Virus record (IMG/VR): IMGVR_UViG_3300037722_000953
Location: 1-63,923 of that record
Direction: 5' to 3' (one strand)
Source: a virus
Lineage: Duplodnaviria; Caudoviricetes
Length of the DNA stretch: 63,923 nt
The position numbers were made by a program, and so were the translations under genes. Positions 27,901 to 37,129 of the stretch are shown here, piece after piece. How positions within the stretch are numbered: the stretch's first letter is position 1; the number at the start of each line of letters is the position of its first letter. Under the pieces are notes generated by a model. It saw nothing but the letters and a program-made list of their open reading frames with translations, ran no database searches and was not told the DNA's origin.

Positions 27901-28582
27901 GCACACCCCGCAAGCTGCTCCCGGCCAGGGACCCCTGTATACCCGCATCCCCCAACGTACCAATCGCAGCAGCGGTATCGGCTACATCCAGGCCGAGACT
28001 GGCCGCAGCCGGCGCGGCGAATTTCATAGCCTGCCCAAGCTGGACGAGTGAGGTGTTGGACGTGGTGAAGGTTTTCGTGAGCGTATCGACGAACCGGTCA
28101 GTGCTCTCGGCTGTCAGGTTGAACCCGCTCAGGACATTCGAGACGATATCCGCCGATTTGGCTAAGTCCAGATTGGAGGCAGCAGCAAGGTTGAGCGCGC
28201 CTGGCAATGCACCGATGATCTCGGCAGCCTCGAAGCCGGCCATCGCCAGAAAACCCATACCCTCAGCGGCTTCGGTTGCCGTGAACTTTGTGGTTGCGCC
28301 CAGGCCCCGCGCTTGCTCCTCAAGCGCCGCAAACTCGTCAGATAGTTTATCCAGCCTGGCAACCGCGCCAACGTTAGAGAGCGCCGCGGTAAACTCTCTA
28401 CCTTCCTGAACCGCCGCCTTGCCAAACGCAAAAATGGCCCTGGTAACAGCGCCCAGGGCCTGCTGGGTCGAAGGCAGGCCCAATCCGACAGAGGCTATTG
28501 ATTTATTGATCGCTTTGGTATCGCGCTGAAACGCTTGCAGGTTTTCGACGACAGCGCGAACGCCGACTTCAGGTAAGGCCAC
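24911..28582 (-). CDS. Tail tape measure protein (TP901-like)
   Basis: 1223 aa, helical; 'TTKFTATEAAEGMGFLAMAG', 'AGIQGSLAGSSLR', two GI.SPS motifs. Confidence 0.93.
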   Translation of the reverse strand: MALPEVGVRAVVENLQAFQRDTKAINKSIASVGLGLPSTQQALGAVTRAIFAFGKAAVQEGREFTAALSNVGAVARLDKLSDEFAALEEQARGLGATTKFTATEAAEGMGFLAMAGFEAAEIIGALPGALNLAAASNLDLAKSADIVSNVLSGFNLTAESTDRFVDTLTKTFTTSNTSLVQLGQAMKFAAPAAASLGLDVADTAAAIGTLGDAGIQGSLAGSSLRGVLLQLASPSAKAQATMDELGISIFDAQGNMLELPAIVGNVNQALRGLTQEQQTAALKTLVGTRQFSAFQVLLNKGEGDLRNYGNELRDSVGTASGIAAKQLDNLEGDLTLFNSALSGLRLDTFDAMEGGLRAVTQAGTDMIVVLSDGVRTWQTTLTQLGAISEELGTTSLAMQTWASATNTASTAFDTWFARQEALLQLSADGVVALVKLAVGGEELEQAVMRAIPPIEDQAAAAEDLGEASEDAASGIEENQAAIQDLQQEIIATSATFVDYKTAVDEVAAGDEALQESLALTADAFDAVKKAASDATLEIQLAKAAEQGFVTPDTARQADAFRQMAMARGKQVELQADFQRKIDQERIDERQKLEEDAAKESAKAFQSSFEGAADNIRGTIESVIKPTLSEVWQPPEVGEGQRMDEAARRLATVATSGFGSEWLDQLNQQFAGQDFFQPIRDAMASGNQEALQAAATDILTNQVTKLWDVGLIKNQVRQQLQQDQLRQQLIDLVQQEMSAEGVQTTFTSMQTAAQDTKGDVDLLQEGMEEAQESTEAFGSDLGAGLETATQQISDFGDAITEMEWPEVGESIVMGIDKGIQDNIEAVRETLKGLARTAVEDVARELGIQSPSTVMMSLMEDFVEGGIIGLDKKGPEFKAALDQLFSVDRSITDPLNAAGAAFDEVEELLEHGGLGISQPKATLILNVAKNVIKSNIDEMTRLGELGGKERENFIAKLIQQAIPNWEKAGIKMTDRLAARVADVFENNFDIFQAENEAALQEMFRDGARQAVAFGNTLLDVANQSVSKLNSDIATLANLVNKGTDVEFAGQMLTAAEAADRLNEMLAERREIQDDLNELQQSQQQLAFLDRQLALLDQIDEAGLNASEILGGIGLGLDASTQDIVEATNAVIQAMIEQINTDLGIASPSKVMFEKFRNVGLGMAEGLASMIPTIQSVMAPVIQPLINQAPIAGNSSVTHNNFNMTVNTTANPRAVIGQFAVMQGMV

Positions 28583-28826
28583 CGGCTAACCCTTGCATTT
28601 TTTGATAATAAGTTGCGTACCTGTTTCTGGCATCTAGCTCTTCTTTGCCGGACAGATCACGTAGCCTTTTACGCCTGACCTGCAGCTTGGGATGATCGTA
28701 GTAGGAATGGTAAAAGGCTCCGCAGTGGGGGCACTCAAAGCCTACGTCAATAAAATCGGCCTCATGCGGCTTACTCGACTGGACAGCCGAGACTTGCCCC
28801 TTGCACTTGTCGCAGATAATTATCAT
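28569..28826 (-). CDS. Small zinc-finger protein
   Basis: CDKC...CPHC. Confidence 0.5.
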   Translation of the reverse strand: MIIICDKCKGQVSAVQSSKPHEADFIDVGFECPHCGAFYHSYYDHPKLQVRRKRLRDLSGKEELDARNRYATYYQKMQGLAGGLT

Positions 28827-29101
28827 CGCCCTCGCCGCTTCCTGTTCGCTCTCTTGGCGTTCCGCTTGGCTTCCATCTGTTGCTCAAAACTCGATATGGC
28901 ATCAACTCGCCATTGAACTTCATACCAGGCCAGAATGTCTATGCGGGTGTCCTTGGGTAGAGAGTAAAAGTATTCGGGTGAAGGGCACCCCCATCTTTGC
29001 GCGGCATTGAGATCACGCAGCCTCTGGCTCCATTTCCACTTGCTCGGCGCCATCAGCGCCTGATGCTTGAGCGTCATCAGTGGCTGGTTGCTCCACGTCA
29101 C
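28823..29101 (-). CDS. Tail assembly chaperone, downstream (frameshift) part
   Basis: Overlaps 29013-29615 in the +1 frame; 'WGCPSPEYFYSLP' motif; precedes the TMP. Confidence 0.6.
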   Translation of the reverse strand: MTWSNQPLMTLKHQALMAPSKWKWSQRLRDLNAAQRWGCPSPEYFYSLPKDTRIDILAWYEVQWRVDAISSFEQQMEAKRNAKRANRKRRGR

Positions 29102-29615
29102 CTTGAAAGCTATTTATGCGCGCCGCTACCTCCTCACCAGTAATAGTCGCCTGCCTGAGGGCGAGGCTGAGCACCCGCCTATAATCCGAGCGTTTGCGCA
29201 GAACGAACTGAGATAGGAACTCTTCTCTCAGGTCATATTCGTTGTCGGGTACATCCAGGCCGGATTTACCGAGATAACGCAAGAACTTTTCTAGCTCGCC
29301 CTTATAGGCATCTATATCGATTTCGAGACAAAGGCTCAGGAGCGTTTGAATATACCGGCGCGCGACGTAATCGTTGCGGCTGACGTTGACCTCAGCCAGT
29401 TCCCGCTTGTACCCCTCGTCTTCCGTATCATCCACTTCCTCCTTGCCACCCAGCGTGTCGATCTGTTTTTTTGGCGCAATGGGATCAGGAAACATTTCGA
29501 TCATATCTGCCTGTATCCGGTCATAGATAATCATCGGAAACGGCAGGACACGGACGGTTATGCCGCTTGCCGTGAACTCTTGATCTCTTGGCTCTCTACC
29601 GTCCTTCTTTGACAT
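29013..29615 (-). CDS. Tail assembly chaperone
   Basis: Acidic 200-aa protein between tail tube and TMP. Confidence 0.65.
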   Translation of the reverse strand: MSKKDGREPRDQEFTASGITVRVLPFPMIIYDRIQADMIEMFPDPIAPKKQIDTLGGKEEVDDTEDEGYKRELAEVNVSRNDYVARRYIQTLLSLCLEIDIDAYKGELEKFLRYLGKSGLDVPDNEYDLREEFLSQFVLRKRSDYRRVLSLALRQATITGEEVAARINSFQGDVEQPATDDAQASGADGAEQVEMEPEAA

Positions 29616-31133
29616 TTAACTTGCCTTTATAAACACTGGGTAGCCGCCGTTGTTCTCACCGGCTGCGATTGCGGTATTGACATCGCAACAAGCCAACGCA
29701 TTGAGGTCAATGGCCGCCGCAATCACCTGGGTATAGCCACTTACAATCTCAACATCGGCCGAGCCTGCGCCGCCGGACAGGTCTCTAAGAATGCGCCCCC
29801 GCGGGCCGGCGTCATTGTGTAAAATCCATAACACATCGCTACCACACGGGCCGCAGAAGCTCAGATCATCGATGGTGCCTACCCCATCCCCGTCAAACGA
29901 GATAGCCGCGAACGTGGCTCCCTCATCCTTTGAGCGGTAGATTTTACCATCGTTACCACCGACGTAAACTTCTTTTTGTCTGCCATCCGTTGGCGGGACA
30001 ACCACGACTAGCAGGTTGGCGGACGTAGTAGAGGTTTCGGTCAGGTCGCTCCAACTCTCACCGCCATCGTTTGACTTGAGGATAACGCCATTATTGCCGA
30101 CCGCATAGACCAGGTCTTTATCGACGGCATAAACGGCGTTGATATCTTCGGCAGTCAGTTCACCGGCACCCAATACCCCATTCCAGGTGCCGCCATCGAC
30201 CGTCTTGTAAACCGCGCCACCGACACAGCCAACATATCCCTCGCGGGCGGTCCGCATGTAAAGCGCGTTATGGTTCGAGCTTGGCGCATCGGCCAATACT
30301 ACAAAGTTCCATTCATCGGGGTCGCCATCGTTGGTGTTGAATGCGATCCCGCTCGCGCCGTTGGAGTGGACAACCAATCGACTGCCAGCGCACTCGACGC
30401 CGTCCGCATTGTTGCCGCCAAAAGGCAGAATTGGATTGGTTGTCCAGGTGACGACATCCGTCGTAAGGTTTTTTACCGCCTTGATAAGATTGGGTGCGGC
30501 ATACGGCGCTTCGTCGGCGTCGGTCACGGCGTACCAGATCGAGCAGCCATCCGATCTATCACCGCAGTCACCCCCGCAGGACTGAGTATCGCAGAATTCG
30601 ATATCATTGACCGGCTGGTCGCCTACGGTTGCGGCGCTACTCGACAGCCGCGCCGGTGTAATCATTTTGACCCGGTACTCGTCGTCTGCCTGTACCGGCG
30701 CGGTAATGAGAATTTCGTCGTTTTCGCCGGGGTCGGTTATGACCAAATCGTCATAGCTGTATTCCTGCAGCTCGCTGTTGCAGTAAGTCAGCATCAGTGG
30801 ATTGTAATTGGATGGGTCTTCCCGCTCACCACAGTTGGCGAACCGGGCCCGGGTCCCAAACGGACATTTCAAATCTGCCAGCGCGTCCAGCTTGCCGAGC
30901 TTGGTCATCAGGTCGAACGACACCTGGTCTGCCGCTGTCCGTATTTTGCTTGATTTCTTGAATGCCCCCGCCCGCTTGGGGTCCTGGCAGTATCTGATTT
31001 CGGTACCGCCTAGCGGCACCGTGGGGCCGCTCATAGCCGCACACGAGCTAAGATATATCCAGTTATTACCCGGTCCGCCCGGCTGTACGTCCACCTGACC
31101 TTCGCCCTTCAGAGCAAGGATTTCATCAGCCAT
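29616..31133 (-). CDS. Major tail (tube) protein with C-terminal BNR/Ycf48-like propeller
   Basis: Position before chaperones; KTVDGGTW, KSNDGGESW, RSKDEGATF repeats. Confidence 0.7.
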   Translation of the reverse strand: MADEILALKGEGQVDVQPGGPGNNWIYLSSCAAMSGPTVPLGGTEIRYCQDPKRAGAFKKSSKIRTAADQVSFDLMTKLGKLDALADLKCPFGTRARFANCGEREDPSNYNPLMLTYCNSELQEYSYDDLVITDPGENDEILITAPVQADDEYRVKMITPARLSSSAATVGDQPVNDIEFCDTQSCGGDCGDRSDGCSIWYAVTDADEAPYAAPNLIKAVKNLTTDVVTWTTNPILPFGGNNADGVECAGSRLVVHSNGASGIAFNTNDGDPDEWNFVVLADAPSSNHNALYMRTAREGYVGCVGGAVYKTVDGGTWNGVLGAGELTAEDINAVYAVDKDLVYAVGNNGVILKSNDGGESWSDLTETSTTSANLLVVVVPPTDGRQKEVYVGGNDGKIYRSKDEGATFAAISFDGDGVGTIDDLSFCGPCGSDVLWILHNDAGPRGRILRDLSGGAGSADVEIVSGYTQVIAAAIDLNALACCDVNTAIAAGENNGGYPVFIKAS

Positions 31134-31137
31134 TTCA

Positions 31138-31668
31138 TTACTCCTGTACTAATCTTGCCGCTTGTCGAAAAGCGTTATCTATTTCTTTTCTAAATCCTGG
31201 CTTGATGTCCTCTGCAATCGTCTTGGTGAATTCCCGGGCCTCTGTTCCGGGATGATTTACCTTTTTAGCGAATACTGTTGGTCCCGTAGCCATGCCCCCG
31301 CCAGATACCGTTCTGGCTGGGCTGGCTAGTGTTTTTGGATTGTAACCAGTTCTGAACCTCAACCTTGGCGCATTCCTAGGTAAAATGACGTGAGGTTTGG
31401 TTCCCTGGTCAACATAGGTCCAGATAGCCTTATCTCTACCTATGGCATTGATCGAAATAGCTATCTGGTCACCACTAATAAACTTACGCGCCTTAAACCC
31501 CACATCGCTTTTCCAACTAGACACAATCTTTTCGTGACTTTTTAGTAATGCCGGCTTAACCCTTTGCTCCATTCTCTGTTCGATTTGTTTCCTGGCAATA
31601 GAGTTAAGATCGAGCAACGCCATTTTGCGTTTACCGCTGCGAACATCTCTTAATAATGTCTTAGCCAC
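31138..31668 (-). CDS. HK97 gp10-like neck/tail completion protein
   Basis: YVDQGTKPHVI.P...FAKKVNHPGT; GTG 31668 after GAGGA. Confidence 0.75.
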   Translation of the reverse strand: MAKTLLRDVRSGKRKMALLDLNSIARKQIEQRMEQRVKPALLKSHEKIVSSWKSDVGFKARKFISGDQIAISINAIGRDKAIWTYVDQGTKPHVILPRNAPRLRFRTGYNPKTLASPARTVSGGGMATGPTVFAKKVNHPGTEAREFTKTIAEDIKPGFRKEIDNAFRQAARLVQE

Positions 31669-32869
31669 GGTATCCTCTACCCATTTTACCACCCCGGCCC
31701 CTGGCGAATTTCTTGACTATTCGCCACGCCTCAAGCCCCCCCCTGGTATACAAATCCCAGGGCAGGTTGGCAGCCTCTTCTGTTAGCGGATCGACGTTTT
31801 CTCTGTCCTGCTTCCACCTGATTTTTGCTTCATCGCAAAAGCCACACGGTGACTCAGGCAGCAGGACATTCGTCAACTTGACGATGGCGCGTTCCAGGTT
31901 GGGGTCCATCCGGCAAGTTCTGGCGTCTAAGGGATATCCGGCTCTGTAATTTACGTCGATGCTCTCAGGCGCAAACCAGTATGTCGGTATCGCTTCAATA
32001 TTGATTGATCCATTCCAGGTTGCCGGCCGGGGCGCAAACGCCCCTCTCTTTTTGTCTGTCGCATAGGCGCAAGCGGTCTGGGTTTTGTGTTGGCAAAATC
32101 CGGGGCAATCGCACACACCATCCCACTTCAGCGTTACCGGCGTTTGCTGATTGACCGTCCGGCAGTAGACATCAACTCCGGATACAAGATTGGCAAGCTC
32201 CCAATTCCACTTCCACTTATCCGCGTCGCTCGATCCAATGCAGTCCTGCTCGTTCAGCTTCCACAACATCGGGTTGACGAACAGGTTAGAGTTGGCCGTT
32301 ATCCGCATCGTTGCGCCATCGATATCGACTTTGACCGGCTTTATCTCCCATCGCGGATCAGCCGCATCTTCGGCGCCATCTGCTACTCGAAAAAAAACAG
32401 CCGCGTCGCATGGGCTAGCGCAGGCCGGGAGATCATCATAAATGGCAGTGCCTATCGTGGCCGTTGATTCCTGATTGAGTGGGTTGTTATTGAGATTTTC
32501 ATATTTGACACCAGCGTCGGCCTGAGCCAATGTTAATTGTTCCGTACCGTAACACTCGACAAAGCTATAATGCGTTCTGACTTCGGCGTTGTACCAGTCG
32601 CGTCTAGTTCGATCTATGCCGAACGGTATGTTTTCATCAGTGATAAACTTAGGCGATGGCCGGAAGCCAAGTTCGTTGGCTATCAACCCTTCTGCTTCGG
32701 CCATTGTCCAGGCCAAAAATTCACGCGCGTTTTGATCCCAGATAACACCACACCCGGCTCGCTGCGGCGCCTTTTCACCAATGAGTTGGTTAAAATGCGC
32801 CGGGTTGATTTGCATGAGTTCGGCGTATCTATCAAGAGGTAATAAAGTTACAGTTTCGGCGCGTGCCAT
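31661..32869 (-). CDS. Head-tail connector/adaptor (Cys-rich)
   Basis: Position; 'AEAEGLIANELGF', 'IDVNYRAGY', 'ERAIVKL'. Confidence 0.6.
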   Translation of the reverse strand: MARAETVTLLPLDRYAELMQINPAHFNQLIGEKAPQRAGCGVIWDQNAREFLAWTMAEAEGLIANELGFRPSPKFITDENIPFGIDRTRRDWYNAEVRTHYSFVECYGTEQLTLAQADAGVKYENLNNNPLNQESTATIGTAIYDDLPACASPCDAAVFFRVADGAEDAADPRWEIKPVKVDIDGATMRITANSNLFVNPMLWKLNEQDCIGSSDADKWKWNWELANLVSGVDVYCRTVNQQTPVTLKWDGVCDCPGFCQHKTQTACAYATDKKRGAFAPRPATWNGSINIEAIPTYWFAPESIDVNYRAGYPLDARTCRMDPNLERAIVKLTNVLLPESPCGFCDEAKIRWKQDRENVDPLTEEAANLPWDLYTRGGLEAWRIVKKFARGRGGKMGRGYRG

Positions 32870-32873
32870 AAAT

Positions 32874-32916
32874 AAAAATAGTCCACTCTATTTCAAGTGG
32901 ACTATTGAAGCGGACT
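32874..32916 (-). promoter_or_regulatory. Conserved hairpin element, copy 1 (terminator/translational switch)
   Basis: AATAGTCCACT/AGTGGACTATT stem + T-run directly before ATG 32869; near-identical at 51852-51893. Confidence 0.65.
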
Positions 32917-32953
32917 TGATTTATCGACGGGCCGTAAGGCGGGTCTCTGTTTT

Positions 32954-34306
32954 TTAGCTTAGGAAGTTTTTAGCTTTCCCAATGATTTCCTGACTTCTCT
33001 TTTCGCCGATACCTTTGTACGGTATCAACTCCATCGGATCAACCTCGGCCAATTTCTCAATGGTCCAGCTTTCGGCCTCTAGAATCTCTTTGATCCCATC
33101 GGGTAGGTCAAGCGGCGTCAGATCATAGTGAACAACAACCTGCTTGGTCACTTCGACCGCTTGCACTTGTTGTTCACCAACACCCAACTCCTCACTAGCT
33201 ATTCTATCATAGCGTTCTATTTCCGTCAATGCTGGCTTGGGCGCTACGTATGGCGCCGGCTCTTCTTTCCCTGGTCTGATTTCTGTGTAGCCGTCCGGTG
33301 GAGCAACGCCTACGGCAAAATCCTGACCACGGCCAAAGCCCCTGAACCGCGCCTCTTCCGCCTTATGGACTTCAAACTTATGCCCGGTTCCCAGAATTTG
33401 GTAGGTGTGATGAAACCCCTGAACGGTACTTCTTACTGATAGAGCGCCAGACACAGCGCCTTTGTACTCGACCCATACCTTTTGGTCACTCGGCAGTTGA
33501 TCCAGGGTCGTTATTTTTAGATTTTGTTGTTGCTGGCCGTTGTTCTGTTGGCCCGTGTAGCTCGCTTTACCTGATCCGCAACACCCCATAGGGTACCTCC
33601 CCTCGTAAACGTCTTTATGTATTTCCATTATTCTATTACGCATCTCTGAAATGCGTCCATTCTTGTGTGTTAAGGCATATGATCTCGACCAATCGTGTTT
33701 TCGATACATCAGAGTGATGGTATTGATTTTCTTGCCACAGAAACCAGCCTTGCCTGCGCCTATCCAGTATTCGACATCCTCTAAACCAGCCTCTAATTCA
33801 TTCTTCCAACCGCCTGTCTTGATGTGACAATCGTAGCTGTGCAAAGCGGTTACGGGGATGATACCACCCAGGTCCAGTATGCCATTAAAGGTATAATCGG
33901 GTAGGCTGAAGAACTTGCCTTTTTCGCCATTATCGACCCGTTGCAAATTGCCATAAATGACTTTTGTCTTATCCTCTAGCCATGCGCTATACATTGCCTC
34001 AAGGGTGTAATCCTCGGCCAGCATGTCGTCAGCATCTAAGGCCAGAATAGCTTCACCCCGGCTGATTGCTGCGCCGGTATTGCGCGCAAGTGCTGGCCCG
34101 GATTGCCGGGTGGTTCTGATCTTCCGCAGCTTCTCATTGCCATCCCTCAGAGTGACGATTGAAATAGGCGAACTGTCATCAACTAGAACAATTTCCCAAT
34201 CGATGAACGTCTGGCTGAACACACTCTCAGTGCATTCATTCAGCCATTCGGCTTTTTGAACGCTGTCGATATAGGCTGGTATAATAATCGAGATAGCTGG
34301 CTTCAC
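32954..34306 (-). CDS. GT2 glycosyltransferase with C-terminal MGCCG domain and HhH
   Basis: ISIIIPAY, VDDSS, ARNTG, LDADD, EDVEYW; C-terminal KGIGEKR. Confidence 0.85.
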   Translation of the reverse strand: MKPAISIIIPAYIDSVQKAEWLNECTESVFSQTFIDWEIVLVDDSSPISIVTLRDGNEKLRKIRTTRQSGPALARNTGAAISRGEAILALDADDMLAEDYTLEAMYSAWLEDKTKVIYGNLQRVDNGEKGKFFSLPDYTFNGILDLGGIIPVTALHSYDCHIKTGGWKNELEAGLEDVEYWIGAGKAGFCGKKINTITLMYRKHDWSRSYALTHKNGRISEMRNRIMEIHKDVYEGRYPMGCCGSGKASYTGQQNNGQQQQNLKITTLDQLPSDQKVWVEYKGAVSGALSVRSTVQGFHHTYQILGTGHKFEVHKAEEARFRGFGRGQDFAVGVAPPDGYTEIRPGKEEPAPYVAPKPALTEIERYDRIASEELGVGEQQVQAVEVTKQVVVHYDLTPLDLPDGIKEILEAESWTIEKLAEVDPMELIPYKGIGEKRSQEIIGKAKNFLS

Positions 34307-34797
34307 AATAGATTGGCTCCTCTCAGGCAGTTCTCTACATACTCATTAGCTATATGATCCGAACCAATGTCCTTATAAAATATCCAGGTATAATCACTGG
34401 CTGTTGCATCGAGCGCAACATTATGCTGCCCGGAGTGCATTGTGTAACAAAAACAAATGTTATGCCTGTCGGGATACTGTATCTGTTGAAAGTGTACCAT
34501 TGAACCGAGCAATAGTCCAGTCAATCCACACTCTTCTTTAGCCTTACGGACGGCGCATTCCTCTAATGTTTCGCCGTAATACAGGCGGCCGCCGGGCAAA
34601 AACCATTTGTCTTTTAGTGGCTCTTCAGCGCGTTTGGCAAAAAGAACGTGTTGGTTATGGATACAAATAATATCGACACAGACGATGGGTACCAGAGATT
34701 GGATTTTTTGATAGGTTCTTTTAGGGATAATCACGGTCTCTAATCTCTCCTTGTCATCGCCAATATTCCCCAGCCTCAACCCTCTCATTTTTACCAA
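34303..34797 (-). CDS. Nudix hydrolase, GDP-mannose mannosyl hydrolase-like (true start probably further downstream)
   Basis: PIVCVDII...WFLPGGRLYYGETLEECAVRKAKEECGL. Confidence 0.8.
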   Translation of the reverse strand: MVKMRGLRLGNIGDDKERLETVIIPKRTYQKIQSLVPIVCVDIICIHNQHVLFAKRAEEPLKDKWFLPGGRLYYGETLEECAVRKAKEECGLTGLLLGSMVHFQQIQYPDRHNICFCYTMHSGQHNVALDATASDYTWIFYKDIGSDHIANEYVENCLRGANLL

Positions 34798-36553
34798 GTA
34801 CCTCTAACAACTCCTGCACTCTGATATCGAAAGAGTGACGCTCCAATGCCAACTTCACCCCGGCCTTGGCTATTGCCTGACGCTCGGCTTCGTTCCTCAA
34901 ATAGTATCTGATCTTGTCTTCCAATTCCTTGAAGTTCGACCAGACGAGGCACGTTTCACCATCGGTCAAGCCAAGTTCCTCCATCCCTCTAAACCATTGG
35001 TGAGCCAGAGCGCTTCCACCGGCTGCCAGGGCCTGAAACACTCGATTGGAGACAAACCCGCTGTCAGGCCATTGGCTATCGCCAATGCTTATTTTCGCGC
35101 CGCGATAAATCTTGCAGCCTTCGATGAAATTATAGAGTGTGTTGCCCTTGGCCCAGCCTGACGGCCAGCCCGCGCCATACAATCCAAAGGAGAACCCGTT
35201 AAGGCTCTTTAATCGTTTGACGAATGCTTGCCTATCAGGGCTATAGCCATTGGCTAAGAATACGACATCATCAAACGTATCAGGTTCATGGCCAACCCCG
35301 TCAGGCTCATAACCGATCTGCCAATAGGCCGAGTTGATACCTAGTCTCAAGTATTTTTCGTTGACATCACGATTAACCGTAGTCATCAGATCAAATGACC
35401 TGGCTAATTTTATACCATCATCGCTTAGTAGATTGTCGGGCCAATAGTCACCATTCCAGTTGACGAATCTGGCCTTGGGTGCAATCATCCTGAGACTGGC
35501 TATGTCGTTTTGGTCGATATTAGCGCCATTGTGCAGCTGAGTTAGTACAATCGTCGGATCGATTTTGCTTATTAGCCTCTGGAGATTGGCAAGCATTAGT
35601 GCCTTACCGCCTGACCGGAACTCGGTCACGTAGTCGAACTCAGCTACCAATGCCGCTTTGGCTAGGGCCTCTCTTAGCCCCCTTTTTTGCTGTTTCTGAA
35701 TTTCAAAGCCCGGCTCATAAATCGGCAAATAAACAACTCTATCCCTTGGCGTCAGTGGATTGGTGTAAATCGGCACATCCCGCGCTGTCGGTCCGGTCAA
35801 TCCACCGTATTCAGGCTTGCGCCATTTTCGGCCCCAGGCGTAGCTATCGCGGTGTTGCCCGTAGACCGCGCGTGGGTCCTTTGCTCCATCTACATTGTTG
35901 ATGCGCCGTAGCTCGTCTGCTGCTTCGGCGTCGTGTATTCTCGTACCCGGTACAGGTTCGACCCGATAGCCGACCTCGTAAACATTGCAACTAATCTCGT
36001 TGTCACCGCCATAGGTATGCAGGTAATCACCCCACCAACCAACTTCATCGCCTAGCCATTTAGGCACTATACAGACCTGGCCATAATAGCCCGTTTGTGG
36101 CCGGTGTTCATTGTTGCCTACAGGTACCAATGTCGCCATTCGCTCTACATGCCAATCCAGTCCGTTTCGATCCTGGTAGAAACAGCCTATCCCGCATAGT
36201 GGATTATTCTGCATATACAGCCACCCTAGATAGATTGTGTCTCTCAGAAACTCGATATCATCGTTAGCCAGGATGACATACTGTCCATTGGCAGCATAAG
36301 CGCCATCATTGAATGCCTTGACCGCGCCTCTAAGGGCGCCGTGTTCGATCAGGCGGCAATCGGGTTGCTGCCCGATCCAATCAAGTGTGCCATCGGTCGA
36401 ACCGCCATCGACTAAAACAAATTCGTGGGATAGGCCGTGAAATGAGCCAAGCGATTGGCGGCCGGATTCAACCATCTTGGTGAGGTATGACAATCGGTTG
36501 TAGGTGCCAGAGACAATGCTTATATCCATGTTAACACAGACTTGACACATCAA
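34754..36553 (-). CDS. Bifunctional glycosyltransferase (GT2 + CgeB-like GT-B)
   Basis: VDGGSTDGT, ANDDI; C-terminal SNRVFQALAAG...EAERQAIAKAG...HSFDIRV. Confidence 0.85.
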   Translation of the reverse strand: MMCQVCVNMDISIVSGTYNRLSYLTKMVESGRQSLGSFHGLSHEFVLVDGGSTDGTLDWIGQQPDCRLIEHGALRGAVKAFNDGAYAANGQYVILANDDIEFLRDTIYLGWLYMQNNPLCGIGCFYQDRNGLDWHVERMATLVPVGNNEHRPQTGYYGQVCIVPKWLGDEVGWWGDYLHTYGGDNEISCNVYEVGYRVEPVPGTRIHDAEAADELRRINNVDGAKDPRAVYGQHRDSYAWGRKWRKPEYGGLTGPTARDVPIYTNPLTPRDRVVYLPIYEPGFEIQKQQKRGLREALAKAALVAEFDYVTEFRSGGKALMLANLQRLISKIDPTIVLTQLHNGANIDQNDIASLRMIAPKARFVNWNGDYWPDNLLSDDGIKLARSFDLMTTVNRDVNEKYLRLGINSAYWQIGYEPDGVGHEPDTFDDVVFLANGYSPDRQAFVKRLKSLNGFSFGLYGAGWPSGWAKGNTLYNFIEGCKIYRGAKISIGDSQWPDSGFVSNRVFQALAAGGSALAHQWFRGMEELGLTDGETCLVWSNFKELEDKIRYYLRNEAERQAIAKAGVKLALERHSFDIRVQELLEVLGKNERVEAGEYWR

Positions 36554-36574
36554 GTTCCTCCGACAGGGTGTTCG

Positions 36575-37129
36575 TTATCCAAACCATTTCACCCCAAAGC
36601 CACCCTCAGCCGTTGCGTGTAATTCATCCAATCTCAACTTAGGCTCTTCTAAATCATCCCAGAACGTGCCCATTTCTTCGCGCAGCAAGTCATCAAGACA
36701 AACAATCGCGCCATCACTCAAGTAAGGTAGCCAGGCAAAGTATTCTCGCCACGTCCTGTCCTCAGTGTGTGTTGTATCCACAAACAAAAGATCGACCGGC
36801 CCATGCTCGTCATGAACAGCCTTAGCCAATTCAACGCTATCGCCAAGCCAGAATTCAAAATTAGGACAGCGGATACCTATGTAGTCGATATTATCTGGCA
36901 CTTCCTTAACGATGTCGATACCCACCACTTTTGAACTCTGGCAACCCAGGCACATATGCAGCGATCCGCCGCCACCGGCCACGCCCAGTTCGACAGCCAA
37001 CCTGGGTTTTAGATCCTGCGCTAACACTTTCAAAAAACGGTAATAAAGCGATGGCGGGAAATTTGGGTTGGGATATGGCGACATTCTCAGGGCCTTGTCA
37101 CGGTATTCCCTGATCAAATCCTGATTCAT
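36575..37129 (-). CDS. Class I SAM O-methyltransferase (Methyltransf_24-like)
   Basis: VELGV, DLLFVDTTH, CLDD. Confidence 0.8.
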   Translation of the reverse strand: MNQDLIREYRDKALRMSPYPNPNFPPSLYYRFLKVLAQDLKPRLAVELGVAGGGGSLHMCLGCQSSKVVGIDIVKEVPDNIDYIGIRCPNFEFWLGDSVELAKAVHDEHGPVDLLFVDTTHTEDRTWREYFAWLPYLSDGAIVCLDDLLREEMGTFWDDLEEPKLRLDELHATAEGGFGVKWFG

